Assembly: GCA_965261085.1 (NCBI GenBank)
Contig: OZ253442.1
Coordinates: 1,696,001 to 1,760,000 of the forward strand
Direction of reading: 5' to 3'
DNA length: 64,000 nucleotides
Origin: a bacterium
GTDB taxonomy: Bacteria > UBA8248
Part shown: in pieces, positions 61,204-64,000 of the stretch
How the letters are laid out: each line of letters opens with the position of its first letter
Position numbering within the stretch: the first letter of the stretch is position 1
Position numbers and translations under genes: made by a program
The notes under the pieces: generated by a model
Databases searched by the model: none
Told to the model about the DNA's origin: nothing
The model's input: only the letters and a program-made list of their open reading frames with translations

Positions 61204-63116
61204 GGATATCTCGCGGTATTCCGCCGCGGAACCATCTCCGTAAGGCCGCCTAAGCCCAGGGTGCGGCTAGCGAGGCGGGAAGCGGAAGCGAAATCCGGGT
61301 CGTCCTGAGCGAGCGGAAGCGGAGAATCATCATCAAAGAAGTTCACGTCCTGTCCGGCGAGGGTCACCTTCGACTCCCGCCTCATGGAAGGCGATTTGAG
61401 GCGATTCTCGATCATCTCCACCGCCTGGCTCGCCACCGTGCGCCCGAAGCGCGTAAGCCAGTCGTTCGTCCCCTGGGCTCTGTTATCATCGACCTTCGGA
61501 GTGGAGTTGTTTAACTTCAAATTGTTGATGGGTCCGGCGGGAATTTCGGTCAAGTCGACGATGCGAGGGCTGCCGGGTGTGTAGCTGAGCGTTACTTCCT
61601 CCCCCGGCGCCACCGCCGATTCCAGTGTCAGCGTCACCTTCTTGCCTTTGACCTCGACCTTGGAGACCGTCCGATTCGCGCCATCCACCATCACCGTGAA
61701 AGAGCCCGTCGTCGGAACGGAAGCCTCATCCAGTGGCTCGTCGTAAGTCAAAGTTATCTGATCGTCCTGCAAACTCGTGTCCACCAGCACCGGCGCTTTT
61801 CCGATGTTCTCGACCGGCATGTTCGTGAAAGACGGGGCGTCGACCCCGGTTATGTGTTTGATCGGTTTTTTCCCGGTTGAATAGGAGAGCGTCACTTCCT
61901 CGCCGGGCATCGCCGGAGTTTCCAGAATCATCGTCACGCGCGAGCCGCTCACGTTGACCGATTCGACGTCACCCGTGCTCACCGTGAAATCACCGGGGGC
62001 AGGCACGGAACCCCTGTCCAGAAGCTCGTTGTAGGTGAGCACCAGCTTGTTTCCGTCTACGGTCGCGCTAATCGGCGTCGGGGGATCGGGTTGAGCGGGA
62101 GATTTCGTAACCCCGCCGCCGCCGCCACCGCCGCCACCGCCGCCACCGCCACCGGGATTGTTGTTGCCCGGGTTGGTGTTGGTGCCGGGGTTGGTGTCGG
62201 GGTTGTTGGTGGTGTCGGGGGTGGTGTCGGGGGTGGTGTCGGGGGTGGTGTCGGGGTTGGTGTTGGTGTCGGGGTTGGTGTTGGTGTCGGGGTTGGTGTT
62301 GGTGTCGGGGTTGGTGTTGGTGTCGGGGTTGGTGTTGGTGTCGGGGTTGGTGTTGGTGTCGGGGTTGGTGTTGGTGTCGGGGTTGGTGTTGGTGTTGGTG
62401 TCGGGGTTGGTGTTGGTGTCGGGGTTGGTGTTGGTGTCGGGGTTGGTGTTGGTGTCGGGGTTGGTGTTGGTGTCGGGGTTGGTGTTGGTGTCGGGGTTGG
62501 TGTTGGTGTCGGGGTTGGTGTTGGTGTCGGGGTTGGTGTTGGTGTCGGGATTGTTGTTGGTGTCGGGATTGTTGATAGAGTCGCTTACCGTTATCACGCC
62601 CACATTGTGTATCGGGCAATCTTTATCGGTATTGTTCTCCCACACCTCGTGCATGAATGTTATCGGCGTATTAATATCAAAATTCATTTCCGCCCTAATC
62701 GTGACCGTTCGCCATTGAGTCGGCTGATTTAGGTCCGAGTTGTCCGGGTCGAACTCCCAGCCGACCGACGGCACCCAGGTGATCATTGCGTCTTCGCGGT
62801 CGACGTTTGGCGGGTAGATTCCGTCTGACACCACCATGTTATTGACGTGTATCCTGACCCACCAGCCGTCAGTTATCGGCTGCTTCGTCAGTCTCAAGCG
62901 GTAGGTGAGGGTCCCTCTAACTCCGCTGTTCAACGTGTTCGTCAACACCTCCACTTCCACGGTTCCAGTGCTCGGGTCTTGGTTCACCCAAGTCGTACGT
63001 GGGGGTGATTGCGCCAGGGAGTTCGCGCCGTAGAATCCGTAGGCGGCGAGCAGGAACGAGAGCGTGAATGCGACGACAGTGCGGAAGCGCCTGCCCCGAT
63101 TCGAGCGGACGCTCAT
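61200..63116 (-). CDS. Secreted passenger region with (PDTNTN)n repeat, poly-Gly linker and two SwmB-like domains
   Basis: Signal peptide at MSVRS; [19 protein letters not shown]...F.V repeated twice; [10 protein letters not shown] motif that normally precedes this barrel type. Confidence 0.75.
   Translation of the reverse strand: MSVRSNRGRRFRTVVAFTLSFLLAAYGFYGANSLAQSPPRTTWVNQDPSTGTVEVEVLTNTLNSGVRGTLTYRLRLTKQPITDGWWVRIHVNNMVVSDGIYPPNVDREDAMITWVPSVGWEFDPDNSDLNQPTQWRTVTIRAEMNFDINTPITFMHEVWENNTDKDCPIHNVGVITVSDSINNPDTNNNPDTNTNPDTNTNPDTNTNPDTNTNPDTNTNPDTNTNPDTNTNPDTNTNPDTNTNTNPDTNTNPDTNTNPDTNTNPDTNTNPDTNTNPDTNTNPDTNTNPDTTPDTTPDTTPDTTNNPDTNPGTNTNPGNNNPGGGGGGGGGGGGGGVTKSPAQPDPPTPISATVDGNKLVLTYNELLDRGSVPAPGDFTVSTGDVESVNVSGSRVTMILETPAMPGEEVTLSYSTGKKPIKHITGVDAPSFTNMPVENIGKAPVLVDTSLQDDQITLTYDEPLDEASVPTTGSFTVMVDGANRTVSKVEVKGKKVTLTLESAVAPGEEVTLSYTPGSPRIVDLTEIPAGPINNLKLNNSTPKVDDNRAQGTNDWLTRFGRTVASQAVEMIENRLKSPSMRRESKVTLAGQDVNFFDDDSPLPLAQDDPDFASASRLASRTLGLGGLTEMVPRRNTARYP
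62112..62575 (-). repeat. Coding tandem repeat: about 18 copies of an 18-bp unit (PDTNTN), short 12-bp units (PDTT) and a Gly14 run
   Basis: GTTGGTGTTGGTGTCGGG repeated on the + strand. Confidence 0.95.
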
Positions 63117-63546
63117 GAGGCGAAGGCGGGGGACCGCTCCGCTCGTGATTCTCACCATCTGGTTTTTTGGCTTTCGCACTTTTTCAGTCCGTTTGCCCGG
63201 TTCACTCCCTCGTTGCGGTTTCACGGCGACAAGCCGATCCGCCGTGGGGAGTAGAACCACGATTGCCGGGCGGGCAGTTCGGTGCGTTGGTGCAACGGCC
63301 GGGTGCTCGGTGGTGCAGATATATACAGGACGGGCGAATGTACTACCTTGGGGGCAGTAAATGTCGCATAAATGCGCGTTGTATGCAACCCCTATAATGC
63401 GCGTTACTCCCCAAAACATCGTTGTGGGTAGATATCCCATTATATGGCGTAATCAGGTTCTCGAAGACACAAAATGTTGTGGTTTACGCTTGACATCTCT
63501 GTCGAAATGAGAGAAATTGCCTTGTGAGGAGCCACGAGGAATCCCC

Positions 63547-64000
63547 ATGAGCAAAGAATCTCGCATACGCATACTGTCGGAATCGCTTGCGAACCAGATC
63601 GCCGCGGGCGAGGTGGTGCAGCGCCCAGCCTCCCTCCTCAAGGAATTGGTGGAGAACAGCATCGACGCGGGCGCCGCGCGGGTGGAAATCGATTTGGAAT
63701 CTGGCGGCGCCGCGCGCGTGCAGGTGGTCGACGACGGACACGGCATGAGCGAAGACGACGCGCTGTTGTGCCTCGAGCGCCACGCGACGAGCAAGATAGC
63801 CACGGATTGGGACCTGGGCCGCGTCGCCACCCTGGGCTTCCGGGGAGAGGCGCTGCCGAGCATCGCCGCGGTCTCCAAGATGACCATCACCACCAGAAGA
63901 CCTGGGGACGCCCTGGGCACGGAAGTGCGCGTGGAGGGCGGCAAGCTCCTGCGCGTCACCGAGATGGGCGCCGCTCCCGGCACCAGGGTCGAGGCGCGCT
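63547..64000 (+). CDS. mutL: DNA mismatch repair protein MutL, 5' part (runs off the window)
   Basis: MSKESRIRILSESLANQIAAGEVVQRPASLLKELVENSIDAGA...DDGHGM...RHATSK...TLGFRGEAL; absent from the ORF track because there is no stop in the window. Confidence 0.97.
   Translation, partial: MSKESRIRILSESLANQIAAGEVVQRPASLLKELVENSIDAGAARVEIDLESGGAARVQVVDDGHGMSEDDALLCLERHATSKIATDWDLGRVATLGFRGEALPSIAAVSKMTITTRRPGDALGTEVRVEGGKLLRVTEMGAAPGTRVEAR

Noticed and set aside
62068-62732. Alternative ORFs over the repeat (poly-[14 protein letters not shown])
   Set aside because: Stop-free shadows of the 18-bp repeat; the PDTNTN frame is continuous with the signal peptide and SwmB-like domains
63453-63983. 176-aa minus-strand ORF
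   Set aside because: Antisense to the clear mutL N-terminus

Overview
GC-rich bacterial chromosomal window from a diderm (kdsA/kdsB/heptosyltransferase present); taxonomy cannot be fixed from sequence alone. The backbone is housekeeping and catabolic genes: rnhA end, two CocE/NonD hydrolases, nth, ino1, moeB, three beta-hydroxyacid dehydrogenases, an LPS/EPS cluster with kdsB-pyrG-kdsA, plant-like thrC plus a cystathionine gamma-synthase, nfeD-stomatin, yhaM, lsrF, recD2, mazG, a split autotransporter and the mutL start. Three AT-richer defence-like islets interrupt it: (1) a TIR / membrane protein / TIR cassette behind a decayed integrase at tRNA-Arg(CCG); (2) a DNA methyltransferase plus HNH nuclease pair; (3) a ubiquitin-like conjugation operon (Ubl, E2-like, JAB-E1 fusion) coupled to a DUF2971-like gene. 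Two structures fit no standard category. One is three tandem self-contained transcription units encoding a small membrane peptide with 1, 2 and 4 copies of a heptad repeat, each followed by the recD2 3' end or a copy of it. The other is a five-unit 46-bp hairpin-rich array directly after a thermonuclease gene. All family calls come from motif recognition by eye; no database searches were run.
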